28,323 nt of DNA from a virus. Lineage: Duplodnaviria > Caudoviricetes. This document shows positions 1 through 9,304 of the stretch, one piece after another (position 1 is the stretch's first letter; each line of letters begins with the position of its first letter). The stretch lies in IMG/VR virus record IMGVR_UViG_3300043932_000107, positions 1 to 28,323 of that record, one strand, 5' to 3'. A program made the position numbers and the translations under genes. The notes under the pieces were generated by a model. The model did not search any database. It worked only from the letters and a program-made list of their open reading frames with translations, and was not told where the DNA came from.

Positions 1-59
1 GGCCGCAAGCCTGGGGTATGCAATCTGCACGATCCTCACCATCGGAAAGCGAGACGACG

Positions 60-380
60 ATGAATGACTACACGCAGGAGGCCGTGGAAGCAGCGGCACA
101 GGCACTACTAGATCGCGTGAGGCAAGGCATGGGGAGGCGTCCAATATCGCTTTCCGAAGCGACAGGGAAAGACGAGTTGCTCAGACGATCAGAAGCCGCC
201 CTCGCCGCCGCTGAGCCGTACATGCGCCGGAAATGGACCGAGGAGCTGGTGGAAAGGATCGAGTCAAGCAATCTTGGCGCTCCGCTTCGCATCTATCCAG
301 ACGGCACAGCCCGTATAGCCGATGGGCCAGAGATGCGCGCGCTGCTTTGCGAATTCATCTTGGAAGAAGCCAACTCATGA
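60..380 (+). CDS. Hypothetical phage protein
   Basis: ORF 18-380; ATG at 60 chosen as likely start; stop overlaps the next ATG (ATGA). Confidence 0.6.
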   Translation: MNDYTQEAVEAAAQALLDRVRQGMGRRPISLSEATGKDELLRRSEAALAAAEPYMRRKWTEELVERIESSNLGAPLRIYPDGTARIADGPEMRALLCEFILEEANS

Positions 381-490
381 CACTCACAATCTGGGAAGCC
401 GTGATAATCGCTTGGGGATTATCGAGCTTCGGTGCGTGCGTCGGCATCGGCGCCCTACTACTCGTACAAGCCACAGACGAGGAGGACTAG
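377..490 (+). CDS. Small membrane protein (37 aa)
   Basis: MTLTIWEAVIIAWGLSSFGACVGIGALLLVQATDEED, one hydrophobic segment; ATGA-coupled to the upstream gene and abutting the next. Confidence 0.6.
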   Translation: MTLTIWEAVIIAWGLSSFGACVGIGALLLVQATDEED

Positions 491-1258
491 ATGAGTGAGG
501 CGCGCATATGCCCAATCACCGGCGAACCACGCATGACCAACCTCCAGGCCACGCTCCACACAGTCATCCAGCTTGCTGCGACGATGCCCGATCCACACGC
601 CACGATCCTCGGGATCCGCGCCGCAGACCCTTCGCGTTTGGGGCACGGCGGTGCATCCGACGGGCTCCCCTTCCGTTTGGATACGACGATCGACTACTGG
701 GACACTGAGACGGGCGACGTACGAGGAATCCGCACCAAGACCGGGATCCATGACTGGGCAGCAACATGGGCCTACTCCTGGTGGTCCTGGGCCGACGACG
801 GCAGCCCCAAACCAGCCGGTGACAAACTTCAATGGCTCGCGTCCCGCCTCGCCTGGGCAGAGCGCTGCTATCCCGCCATGACCGAGTTTGAGGATGAACT
901 CGCCTATGTCCTGCGAGTCCTCGAACACGCCCACGGACTCGACCCAGTATCTACCGACCGGACATGTCCCTCATGCGGAGGACAACTGCAACACCACGTC
1001 ACAGCAGCGGGTGTTCAGCCAGAGTTCGACTGCAGAGAATGCCGAAACCAATACTCCCCCGACGGATTAACCGTGATGACTCTCGGCAGAGCTAGAGATG
1101 CTCACGAGCTTGTTACCCAACAAGAAGCCGCCAGACTACTCAATATCAGTAGGTTCACCATCAACTCATGGATACGCCGAAAGCAGCTAGTAGCGTACGG
1201 GGCGCGGCGTCAAGTCTATGTTGATGAAGTGCAGCGACTCGCCGACCACAACGCTTGA
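491..1258 (+). CDS. Zn-ribbon plus C-terminal HTH DNA-binding protein, probable late transcription regulator
   Basis: CPSC...CREC motif, then excisionase/MerR-like HTH (VTQQEAARLLNISRFTINSWIRRKQL); GGAGG RBS; position just before the late region. Confidence 0.75.
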   Translation: MSEARICPITGEPRMTNLQATLHTVIQLAATMPDPHATILGIRAADPSRLGHGGASDGLPFRLDTTIDYWDTETGDVRGIRTKTGIHDWAATWAYSWWSWADDGSPKPAGDKLQWLASRLAWAERCYPAMTEFEDELAYVLRVLEHAHGLDPVSTDRTCPSCGGQLQHHVTAAGVQPEFDCRECRNQYSPDGLTVMTLGRARDAHELVTQQEAARLLNISRFTINSWIRRKQLVAYGARRQVYVDEVQRLADHNA

Positions 1259-1283
1259 AACAGGACGCTCGGTCGTGCACACT
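1255..1283 (+). promoter_or_regulatory. Candidate late promoter
   Basis: TTGAAA-17 bp-CACACT right after the regulator gene and upstream of a terminator hairpin. Confidence 0.35.
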
Positions 1284-1307
1284 GATTCGTGGAAGAACTA
1301 TATACAA

Positions 1308-1345
1308 AAGAGCCCCCAGCCATCGCAGGCCAGGGGCTCTTCTCG
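1308..1345. terminator. Intrinsic terminator-like hairpin
   Basis: AAGAGCCCC...GGGGCTCTT 9-bp stem between convergent genes. Confidence 0.6.
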
Positions 1346-1361
1346 TTAGACAATCCGGCTA

Positions 1362-1520
1362 TCAGGAACCGCCAAGCTTCTGACAATCCTTGCATGGACG
1401 ATTACCTACACCCTTGCCCGAGACGCGATTGCGCGCAGGGATCTGCTTTCCGGTAGGGCAATCATTGTGCCAATGATAAACATCTGGATCAGACGGATTT
1501 GATGAATGATAGTAAGCCAT
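1362..1520 (-). CDS. Small His/Cys metal-binding protein (52 aa), not in the ORF track
   Basis: MAYYHSSNPSDPDVYHWHNDCPTGKQIPARNRVSGKGVGNRPCKDCQKLGGS; RBS GGAAGGGGGTGA upstream on the minus strand. Confidence 0.7.
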   Translation of the reverse strand: MAYYHSSNPSDPDVYHWHNDCPTGKQIPARNRVSGKGVGNRPCKDCQKLGGS

Positions 1521-1612
1521 AAGTCACCCCCTTCCACACTGAAGAAGAAACCGTGGCGATACGGTCACCACCAACCATAAACCGAAACACAGACCTAAAC
1601 AGGAAAACCAAC

Positions 1613-1640
1613 AACCCCAATCGAAAGACGATTGGGGTTT
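1613..1640. terminator. Perfect 11-bp hairpin, possible terminator
   Basis: AACCCCAATCG-aaaga-CGATTGGGGTT. Confidence 0.5.
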
Positions 1641-1676
1641 AGTTATGCCCGTGATGGGCAGGCAGGAGACGGCGCG

Positions 1677-1922
1677 ATGCCAAAAGAAAGAATCTACGAC
1701 GGACCCAACGGGATCGAAGTCCAATGGGCCAAAGACGGACAGCTCGTCTGCGTCGTTATCAACGAAGAAATCAAAGCTCACACAGTCGAAGCAGACGGAA
1801 CGATCGGCGAACCCTACAGTGAGAAGCTAGACGCCATGTGGCAGACAATCGACCCAGCCGAGCTAGACCGACTCATTGACGCCCTCCAACGCGCCAAACG
1901 GAAAGCGTTCACGCAAGACTAA
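1677..1922 (+). CDS. Hypothetical protein (81 aa)
   Basis: AGGAG RBS before ATG 1677; ORF MPKERIYDGPNG... Confidence 0.7.
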   Translation: MPKERIYDGPNGIEVQWAKDGQLVCVVINEEIKAHTVEADGTIGEPYSEKLDAMWQTIDPAELDRLIDALQRAKRKAFTQD

Positions 1923-1977
1923 TCAAGTATGCCCCGGTGCGATTAGCCCCGGGGCATTCGTATATGCGGGGGTGGGT

Positions 1978-2313
1978 ATGCGTAGGTGTGCGGGTACCCG
2001 ATGTCCTCGCCTCGTAGCTGACGGCGCACGCTACTGTTCAGAGCATCAAGCCGAATACGAAACCAAGCGCGGAACACCAAAGCAGCGAGGATACGACGCC
2101 ACACACCGTAGGCTACGAGCCCAGTGGCGATCCCGCATAGACGCAGGCGAGCGTCCACCATGCAGTCGCTGCAGTAAACCCATCAACCCATTCGAGCCAT
2201 TCGACCTCGACCACGACGACACCGATCGGACCCGCTGGCGCGGCCCAGCCCACCAACACTGCAACCGCAGCGCCGGCGGACAACACGGCGCAGCCATCAG
2301 CAACAGCAAATAA
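1978..2313 (+). CDS. HNH endonuclease, terminase-associated
   Basis: CSRC...DLDHDD...HQHCNR motif, N-terminal C-x4-C...C-x2-H; immediately upstream of the terminase genes. Confidence 0.85.
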   Translation: MRRCAGTRCPRLVADGARYCSEHQAEYETKRGTPKQRGYDATHRRLRAQWRSRIDAGERPPCSRCSKPINPFEPFDLDHDDTDRTRWRGPAHQHCNRSAGGQHGAAISNSK

Positions 2314-2415
2314 CACTCAAACAACACTCAAAGACGAGTCAAAACAGAACAAAACTAAGACGCAAAAGCCGTTTTACACTCCTTCACCAGCATAAACGCT
2401 CGACCGCAACACAAC

Positions 2416-2480
2416 CCCAGGGGAGGGGGGCGACGCGGTATGGGCCGCACCGCCGGTGAGGAGTGAAAAATGTGCGGAGG
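2416..2480. other. Putative cos/packaging-initiation region
   Basis: Non-coding gap between HNH and terS with a G-run and CGCCGGTGAG (2451-2460); strand composition flips from A/C-rich to G/T-rich here. Confidence 0.5.
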
Positions 2481-2591
2481 GTTCAAAGATCCCAGAATAC
2501 GCCAATTTGAGGCGTTTTCTTCTCTTGTGGTAGGTGCGATGCCTGCCGGTATCCGACTGGCATGCGATATGCCTCGAGGTGGTGAATAACG

Positions 2592-3122
2592 ATGACTAGT
2601 GGTGGTGCGCGTGTGAAGTCTGGGCCTGCCCCAGATCCTCGTTCGGGTCGATCTGATCGGCGTGGGCTTACTTTCCGAATGCTTCCTGCGGAAGGGTTCA
2701 AGGGGCGGATTCCAAAGTTTCCTCTCCCTAAAATCGATTTTGGTTTTTTCACTAAAGATGGTGAGCGGGTTGAGGATCTTGAAGGGTCTGAGTCGTTTGC
2801 TCGTCGGGAGAAGGAATTGTGGCGGTGGGCGTGGCGTACTCCGCAGGCTGTGGTGTGGTTTGAGGAGCCGTGGCGTCAGTACACGGTGGCGATGTGGGTG
2901 CGTACGGCTGCGACGTGTGAGACTCAGCGTGGTGGTGCGGCTGATAAGACGGCGATGCTTCGTCTTGCTGATCAGATTGGTTTGACGCCGGCGGGGTTGG
3001 CTGCGAATCAGTGGCAGGTCGGCAAGGCGGCGGACAGTAAAACTCCTGATGGAAATCCGGGTAGGACCCGTTCGTCTCGGTCTCGTGTGAAACTCAAGGT
3101 CGTGGGCGATGGTGGCGCCTGA
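2592..3122 (+). CDS. terS: Terminase small subunit
   Basis: MTSGGARVKSGPAPDP start, WRTPQAVVW and QIGLTPAGL motifs; overlaps the large terminase start. Confidence 0.85.
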   Translation: MTSGGARVKSGPAPDPRSGRSDRRGLTFRMLPAEGFKGRIPKFPLPKIDFGFFTKDGERVEDLEGSESFARREKELWRWAWRTPQAVVWFEEPWRQYTVAMWVRTAATCETQRGGAADKTAMLRLADQIGLTPAGLAANQWQVGKAADSKTPDGNPGRTRSSRSRVKLKVVGDGGA

Positions 3123-4743
3123 TGAAGAGCTCGTCATCGACTTCAATCCGCTACACACTCTTGGCTTCCTGGTAACTGACTGGGTTGAACATCATTGCAT
3201 GGTTCCCTCTGGCGTGTATGAGGGGCAGTCGCTTGTTTTTCGTGGTTGGCAGATAGCGTGCACCGTGAATCACTATCGGATCAAGCCGAGAGCCACGTTC
3301 AACCCGGAGAGGATCCTAGCTCCATTCTTTTATCGTCGTTCGGTGATTGTGGGGCCGCAGAAGTCGGGTAAGTCTCCGTGGGGTGCAGCGATGATCCTCG
3401 CCGAAGCGGTTGGTCCGGCGTTGTTTGCTGGTTGGGCGAAGGGTGGCGAGAAGTACCGTTGCGAAGATCACGGCTGTGGCTGCGGGTTCGAGTACGAGTA
3501 TTTGCCTGGCGAGGCGATGGGGATTCCCCGCAGTAAGTCTCTGATCGCGTTGTTGGCTTTCGCTGAACAGCAGACAGCAAACGTGTATGGGCCTTTACAG
3601 ACGATGATCCATAGCGGGCCGCTGGAGGAGATCCTCAAGGTTCGTGAGGGCTTTATCCGCCTACCAAATGGGGGAAAGATTGTTCCCCTGTCGTCGGCGG
3701 CGAAATCAAAACTCGGGCAGCCGCTCAATGGTGCGCTCGCGGATGAGTCCGGCTTGTATACGGCGCAGAACAAGGTATTGGAGACGTGGCAGACAATGCG
3801 TCGCGGTGTTGCTGGTATGCAGGGGCGGACGATTGAGCTTACGAATCCGTGGGATCCGATGGAGAACAGTGCGGCCCAGCAGGCGTTTGAGTCGCGGCAG
3901 AAGGATATTTTCCGGTATTACCGGAAACCGCCGGCAGGATTGTCATATGCGAACAAGCGTGAACGGCACAAGATCCATGCGTATGTGTATGCGGATTCGC
4001 CTTGGGTAGATCCGGCGGGTATTGACGCTGAGGCTGCTGAGCTGGTGGAAACTGATCCGGTTCAGGCGGAGCGGTTCTTTGGGAATCGTCTCGTGCAGGG
4101 ACTTGGCTCGTTTTTGACGGAAACTTTGTGGGATTCGCACACGGACCGTGAACGTGTAGTCAAGCATGGCGAGTCGGTGTGTGTGGGGTTTGACGGGTCG
4201 AGGTCTGGGGATTGGACGGCGATTCGCTGTGAAACTCGTAGCGGTTTCCGTTTCACGCCTACTTATGGCCCTGATCGTCGTCCAGCGTTTTGGGATCCGA
4301 AAGATTGGCCTGAGGGGCGGATTCCTCGCGGCGAGGTTGATGCGTGTGTGCAGGAGATTTTCGGGCGGTACGCGGTTGGGCGCATGTATATTGATCCGCG
4401 GCATTGGGAGACGCAGGCTGACAGGTGGGCATCCCTTTTCGGAGATGACGTTGTTGTCCAGTGGCCGACGAATCAGATTTCGCGAATGTTCGATGCTCTT
4501 GTGAGATATCAGGAGGATTTGCATGAGGGTTTGACGTCGCATGACGCGGATCCTGACGCGAGGCTGCATGCGTTGCATGCCCGGAAGGTTGCTAAGCCGG
4601 GTGACAAGTTCATTCTGGGCAAGCCTGCCGAGCATATGAAGATCGATATTTTGATGGCTGATGTGTTGGCGCATGAGGCTGCGTCGGATATGCGGGCGCT
4701 CGGCTGGAACGAGAGTGAGCCGATTGTTTTTGACTGGAGGTGA
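3109..4743 (+). CDS. terL: Terminase large subunit
   Basis: Walker A GPQKSGKS, Walker B ALADESG, nuclease motifs VGFDGS and KIDILMA. Confidence 0.95.
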   Translation: MVAPDEELVIDFNPLHTLGFLVTDWVEHHCMVPSGVYEGQSLVFRGWQIACTVNHYRIKPRATFNPERILAPFFYRRSVIVGPQKSGKSPWGAAMILAEAVGPALFAGWAKGGEKYRCEDHGCGCGFEYEYLPGEAMGIPRSKSLIALLAFAEQQTANVYGPLQTMIHSGPLEEILKVREGFIRLPNGGKIVPLSSAAKSKLGQPLNGALADESGLYTAQNKVLETWQTMRRGVAGMQGRTIELTNPWDPMENSAAQQAFESRQKDIFRYYRKPPAGLSYANKRERHKIHAYVYADSPWVDPAGIDAEAAELVETDPVQAERFFGNRLVQGLGSFLTETLWDSHTDRERVVKHGESVCVGFDGSRSGDWTAIRCETRSGFRFTPTYGPDRRPAFWDPKDWPEGRIPRGEVDACVQEIFGRYAVGRMYIDPRHWETQADRWASLFGDDVVVQWPTNQISRMFDALVRYQEDLHEGLTSHDADPDARLHALHARKVAKPGDKFILGKPAEHMKIDILMADVLAHEAASDMRALGWNESEPIVFDWR

Positions 4744-4746
4744 GAT

Positions 4747-6078
4747 ATGGCAGTCATTCCGTTGGAGGGTTCTTATCTCTCCATGATCCGGAAGGCGCAA
4801 CAGTTTCTCGCTGAACGCGCGGTCTACGACTCGAAGATGCTTGCTAACTATGAGGGGCGTGCGCGGCTTGCCCATCTCGGGCTAGCTGTCCCTCCCGAGC
4901 TCTCTGCGTTGGAATTGGTCATTAATTGGCCGCGGATTGTGGTCGATTCGATTGAGGAGCGGCAAAACGTTTCCCGTATTACGGTGACCGGTGATCCGGA
5001 TGCCGCGCGTGAGATTGCGATGATTCGCGATGCTAATGATCTGGATGCAGAATTGTCGCTCTGGAAGCGTGACAGGTTGGTTTATGGGCGCGCATTTCTG
5101 TCCGTGGGCTCCAATGAAGATATTGCCGGTTTACCGATAATCCAGGTTGAGTCCCCTCGTGAGGTTGCAGTAAAGATTGATCGCCGGCATCGTCGTGTCG
5201 CGTACGCTGTGAGACTGTCCGAGGTTGACTCGTTCGGGAATCCGGCGTTGGCGACGATTTATCTTCCTAATCAGACGGTTCTTGCTGAACGCCGTAATGG
5301 CAGTTGGGTACAAACGGATGTCGATGAGCATCATTTCGGTATTGTTCCGATAGTCCCGTCTTTCAACCGTCGCATGACTGGCGAGTGGGTTGGGCATTCG
5401 GAGATGGAAGATATTATCCCCATCACTGAGGCGACGATCCGTACAGCTACGGACATGCAGGTCGCTATTGAGGTGGCTGCGTTGCCGAAGAATCTGATTG
5501 CCGGCGCGAAGAAGGAAGATTTTGGCGGCAACATGGATGGCTGGTTCAACTATCTGCGACCATTCCTCGCCTTGTCTTCGTCGGATGCGAAAGGTTTCCA
5601 GTTCACTGCGGCAGATTTGGAGAACTTTCACGGGACGATCGAACTGTATGGGAAGCTTGCGGCTTCCGTTACCGGTTTCCCTGCCCATTATTTCGGTATG
5701 ACGACCGTGAATCCTGCGGCGGAGGGGACGACGAACAATGAGATGGAACGTCTCGTGGGTCGTGTGGAACGGGTCAATAGTGAGTCTGGTGGCGCCTTGG
5801 AAGAAGCGTTGCGGCTTGCCGTCAACTTGGCAGGACATGACGTTTCGCGGGGCATGGTGAATGTGGATTGGAAGAATCCTGCCTACACCACGATCTCGCA
5901 GCTTGCTGATGCGATGCAGAAGCTCGCCGGTGGGGTCGCGTTGATTTCTCGTGAAGGTGCCTGGGACGAGATGGGTTGGGATGATGCCCGTAAAGAACAG
6001 GAACGCACCTATTTTGAGGAACAGGCGGCTGACCCTGAGATTGATGCGTTGACTGCGAAGGTGGATAGCCTTGGCTGA
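4747..6078 (+). CDS. Portal protein (SPP1 gp6-like)
   Basis: 443 aa after terL; NWPRIVVD, HHFGIVPIVP and GHSEM motifs. Confidence 0.9.
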   Translation: MAVIPLEGSYLSMIRKAQQFLAERAVYDSKMLANYEGRARLAHLGLAVPPELSALELVINWPRIVVDSIEERQNVSRITVTGDPDAAREIAMIRDANDLDAELSLWKRDRLVYGRAFLSVGSNEDIAGLPIIQVESPREVAVKIDRRHRRVAYAVRLSEVDSFGNPALATIYLPNQTVLAERRNGSWVQTDVDEHHFGIVPIVPSFNRRMTGEWVGHSEMEDIIPITEATIRTATDMQVAIEVAALPKNLIAGAKKEDFGGNMDGWFNYLRPFLALSSSDAKGFQFTAADLENFHGTIELYGKLAASVTGFPAHYFGMTTVNPAAEGTTNNEMERLVGRVERVNSESGGALEEALRLAVNLAGHDVSRGMVNVDWKNPAYTTISQLADAMQKLAGGVALISREGAWDEMGWDDARKEQERTYFEEQAADPEIDALTAKVDSLG

Positions 6079-7417
6079 CATCCCTGCCGCTGTTGAGACA
6101 CATTACCGTCACGTGCTGAAGTGGCAGGTCGCGGCGATGGGCTTGGGTTCGCAGGCGTGGGCAGAGGTCACGCCGAATGCGATCTCAGAATCCTGGTTAA
6201 CGCAATTGCCGGCAGTGGCGACAGCATTTGAGAAGCTCCGCCGATCGGTAGCTGTCGATTCGGCGATCTACACGCCACTGGCGCTCGCCGAACAGGATTC
6301 CTACCAGGCGACAGATGGTTTCGTGGACGTGGATGCATTCATGCCCACGCTTGCCACGGGTGGTCCTCTTGAAGATGCGCTCTATGTGCCGGCGATCCGG
6401 GCGAAGGAAGCAATCGGACGCGGTGTCGGCGTCTCCGAATCGCTTGAGGTCGGTAAGCAGGCGCTCTATGGGGTCCTTACGAGTGCGCTTGCGGATACTG
6501 GTAGACAAGTTGGCGGAGTCACGGTCGCTGCTCGTCCTAACGTGGGGTATACGCGGATGTTGAATCCGCCGTCGTGCGAGCGTTGCGTGGTTCTTGCGGG
6601 CAGGTTTTATCGCTGGAATACGGGGTTTCTTCGACATCCGCGTTGCGATTGTGTTCACGTTCCTACGGGCGTGAAATCCACGGCTGCGGCGCGCGCTGAA
6701 GGTCTAGTAGATGACCCGTACGAGTATTTCAATAGTCTGTCGGAGGCGGAGCAGGACAAGATTTTCGGGAAAGCGTACGCACAAGCCGTGCGTGGCGGCA
6801 GCGATATTTTCCAGGTTGTGAACTCGAAACGAGGACGCCTCAAACATGGACTGTTTACGACTGAGGGAACGACGCGGCGAGGCTATGCGGGTGCGAAGCT
6901 GAAACGAGGACAGAAACGGCTCACGCCGGAAGGGATTTATAGCCTGGCGGGCAAGGAGAATCTGACCCGCGAGCAGACGCTTTCCCTGCTTGAGCAGCAC
7001 GGCTATATCCTGCCGGGCGGGCAGAACCCTGCCGGGTCGATACGAGGTCAAGCGCAAGGCTTTGGGGCGATGGGTCGTGGAGTGACGCGTAGGAAAGCAT
7101 CGAACGCGGTGCTGGAGGCGAACGCCACCGGTGTGCGTGATGGTTCCGTTTATACGATGACGGAAGCAGAGCGGCGCCTCGCGTATGCGAAACGGGACTA
7201 TGAGGAAACGTTGCAGGGCTTGAATCCGTATACGGAGGCTGCGATACAGCGCCGTCAGGGGGTGCGCGCATGGTCGGTTGATCGTCCGCTTACCGATAGT
7301 GATAGGGCGCGTGCTGAGTCGTGGTATCAGGCGATGCAAGCAACCGGCGGACAGCTCTATCTAGCGGATGGTACGGACGTTCGCTCACTTTACAAGAATC
7401 TTCGGGGCCTCGGATAG
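6071..7417 (+). CDS. Minor head / capsid maturation protein (MuF-like)
   Basis: Between portal and scaffold; CERCVVLAGRFY...RHPRCDC motif. Confidence 0.75.
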   Translation: MADIPAAVETHYRHVLKWQVAAMGLGSQAWAEVTPNAISESWLTQLPAVATAFEKLRRSVAVDSAIYTPLALAEQDSYQATDGFVDVDAFMPTLATGGPLEDALYVPAIRAKEAIGRGVGVSESLEVGKQALYGVLTSALADTGRQVGGVTVAARPNVGYTRMLNPPSCERCVVLAGRFYRWNTGFLRHPRCDCVHVPTGVKSTAAARAEGLVDDPYEYFNSLSEAEQDKIFGKAYAQAVRGGSDIFQVVNSKRGRLKHGLFTTEGTTRRGYAGAKLKRGQKRLTPEGIYSLAGKENLTREQTLSLLEQHGYILPGGQNPAGSIRGQAQGFGAMGRGVTRRKASNAVLEANATGVRDGSVYTMTEAERRLAYAKRDYEETLQGLNPYTEAAIQRRQGVRAWSVDRPLTDSDRARAESWYQAMQATGGQLYLADGTDVRSLYKNLRGLG

Positions 7418-7487
7418 GTACCCGATAAGCAGTATTAGACCCGGCGCGAGGCCGGGTTTTTGTTCCCCAGCGATTGGAGAAAGAATC

Positions 7488-8075
7488 ATGTCTAGGAAAC
7501 GGCTCCCCTTCTATATTCGGCTTCTCACAGATCCTGCTGAACCTGGTGGCGGTGATCCGACGCCAGGAAACGCCGCTAACGCTAGTGGCGAGCAGCTCGG
7601 CGAGAACGGTAAGAAAGCTTTGCAAAGCGAGCGCGAGGCTCGTAAGGCTGCCGAAAAGGCTTTCGCTGAGGCTTCTGCCAAATGGGAAGCAGAGAAAGCT
7701 GCGCTAACGAAGCAGGCGCAAGAGGCATCTGATGCTGCGGCGAAGGCGCAGATTGATGCCGCGCGGGCGTCAGTGTTCCGAGCGAAGAACATTCCACCGG
7801 AGCTTGAAAAATTCGTTGCCGGTTCGACGGAGGAAGAATTGGAAGCAAGCGCTGATGAGGTGCTTGCGGCATTTCGTCCGCCTGCTGCAGAGCCGTCGGC
7901 GCCGGAAGTGAAGCCTCTCGGGATGCGTCCAGATATGACACAAGGAGCATCGACTTCACCAGATGGCGGTGATGTTGATTCTTTGATTTCGGCTGCTGAA
8001 AACGAGAAGAACTATCGAAAGTCTTTGGAATTGAAAGCGGTCAAACTGGGCAAACTCGCTCAGATTCAAAACTAG
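7488..8075 (+). CDS. Capsid scaffolding protein
   Basis: GGAG RBS; LGENGKKALQSEREARKAAEK coiled coil; GSTEEELEASAD motif; precedes the major capsid gene. Confidence 0.85.
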   Translation: MSRKRLPFYIRLLTDPAEPGGGDPTPGNAANASGEQLGENGKKALQSEREARKAAEKAFAEASAKWEAEKAALTKQAQEASDAAAKAQIDAARASVFRAKNIPPELEKFVAGSTEEELEASADEVLAAFRPPAAEPSAPEVKPLGMRPDMTQGASTSPDGGDVDSLISAAENEKNYRKSLELKAVKLGKLAQIQN

Positions 8076-8091
8076 ATTAGGAGGCTAGCCG

Positions 8092-9060
8092 ATGGCTGGT
8101 ATCACAGGTCTGGGCACTACCTACAATCTGCCCAATTTCGTTGGAGAACTGTTCAACGCTTCTCCGGAAGATACTCCGTTTCTTTCGGCTATTGGTGGGC
8201 TGACGGGTGGGGAATCCGTTGGTTCAACCTTGTTTGAGTGGCAAGGGTACGACCTGCGGGATGCAGCGACAGACCGGCAGCGGCTTGAAGGCGCAGATGC
8301 GCCCGGCGGTGAGGCGCGCGTGCGTTTCAACGCGTCAAACGTTGTCGAGATCCACCAGGAAGTCGTGGAGATTTCGTATACGAAGCAGGGTGCGACGAAA
8401 CAGCGTAATACTGCGGGGGCTGAGGTTGTACAGCTTGGCAATACGGTTATTCCCGCTGATGAGTTGGCATGGCAACTTGAGCAACAGTTCAAGCAGATTG
8501 CACGTGACGTGGAAAAGACGTTCCTCACCGGTACCTATGCGGCGCCCGCGGACAATACAACTGCACGTAAGACTCGCGGACTGCTCGAGGCTATCGCGAC
8601 GAACGTTGCGACTACCACTAAGACAGCTGCTACCGTTACGGCGGATGAGATCCTGGATCTTTTCCAGGCAGTGTGGGATAAAGGCGGTATTTCGGAGACG
8701 GAAACGCGCACCGTTATCGTGAACGCTACTCTCAAGCGCGCTCTGACTCGCCTTTTCATCACCGATAAGGGGTATAAAGAAGAGACGCGCAACGTCGGTG
8801 GCGTGAACCTTCAAACGTTTGAGACTGATTTCGGTAAAGCCAACATCATGCTCAACCGCTATATGCCTGCCGACACGTTGGTGGTTTGCTCGCTCGAGGA
8901 TTGTAAACCTGCGTTCCTTGAGATCCCCGGCAAGGGGCATTTCTTCTCCGAACCGCTCGCTAAGACCGGCGCATCGGATCGCGTGCAGATCTACGGCGAG
9001 ATTGGGCTGATCTACGGTAACGAGAAGAAGCATGGCAAACTCACGGTTGCCACTGCGTGA
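8092..9060 (+). CDS. Major capsid protein
   Basis: 322 aa with AGGAGG RBS; DTPFLSAIGG, ETDFG and LAKTG motifs; synteny. Confidence 0.9.
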   Translation: MAGITGLGTTYNLPNFVGELFNASPEDTPFLSAIGGLTGGESVGSTLFEWQGYDLRDAATDRQRLEGADAPGGEARVRFNASNVVEIHQEVVEISYTKQGATKQRNTAGAEVVQLGNTVIPADELAWQLEQQFKQIARDVEKTFLTGTYAAPADNTTARKTRGLLEAIATNVATTTKTAATVTADEILDLFQAVWDKGGISETETRTVIVNATLKRALTRLFITDKGYKEETRNVGGVNLQTFETDFGKANIMLNRYMPADTLVVCSLEDCKPAFLEIPGKGHFFSEPLAKTGASDRVQIYGEIGLIYGNEKKHGKLTVATA

Positions 9061-9066
9061 GTCCTA

Positions 9067-9097
9067 GTGGTGAGCCAGCATTATGCCGGCTCACCAC
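9067..9097 (+). terminator. Hairpin after the capsid gene (terminator or stabiliser)
   Basis: GTGGTGAGCC...GGCTCACCAC 10-bp perfect stem, no U-tract. Confidence 0.45.
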
Positions 9098-9117
9098 GGA
9101 TTCTCTAGGAGGGAATC

Positions 9118-9291
9118 GTGAAAGTTCAATCTACTAAGTACCCGAATCTGCTAGTCACGTCACCGAAAGTACAGTTTGTGGGAGGTGAAGCCGAAGTCGA
9201 TACGGCAACGGCTGAGAAGCTGGCGAAACTCTCTCACATGGGAATCGTGGTACCAAAGCGCACTTCAACACGGAAGACTGCGGCAAAGTGA
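9118..9291 (+). CDS. Small virion-region protein (57 aa), not in the ORF track
   Basis: AGGAGG RBS, GTG start, MKVQSTKYPNLLVTSPKVQFVGGEAEV... Confidence 0.7.
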   Translation: MKVQSTKYPNLLVTSPKVQFVGGEAEVDTATAEKLAKLSHMGIVVPKRTSTRKTAAK

Positions 9292-9304
9292 TTGGGGGTT
9301 CGCG

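Noticed and set aside
2758-2765. Self-target of the spacer (ATGGTGAG in terS; also 35-42 on the minus strand and a partial TATAGCGG match near 12617)
   Set aside because: Only about 8 contiguous matching bases, expected by chance in 28 kb, and the matches do not extend.
2355-9033. Long minus-strand ORFs opposite terminase, portal and capsid genes (for example 267, 310, 316 and 232 aa)
   Set aside because: Shadow frames of well-supported GC-rich genes with no motifs or RBS.
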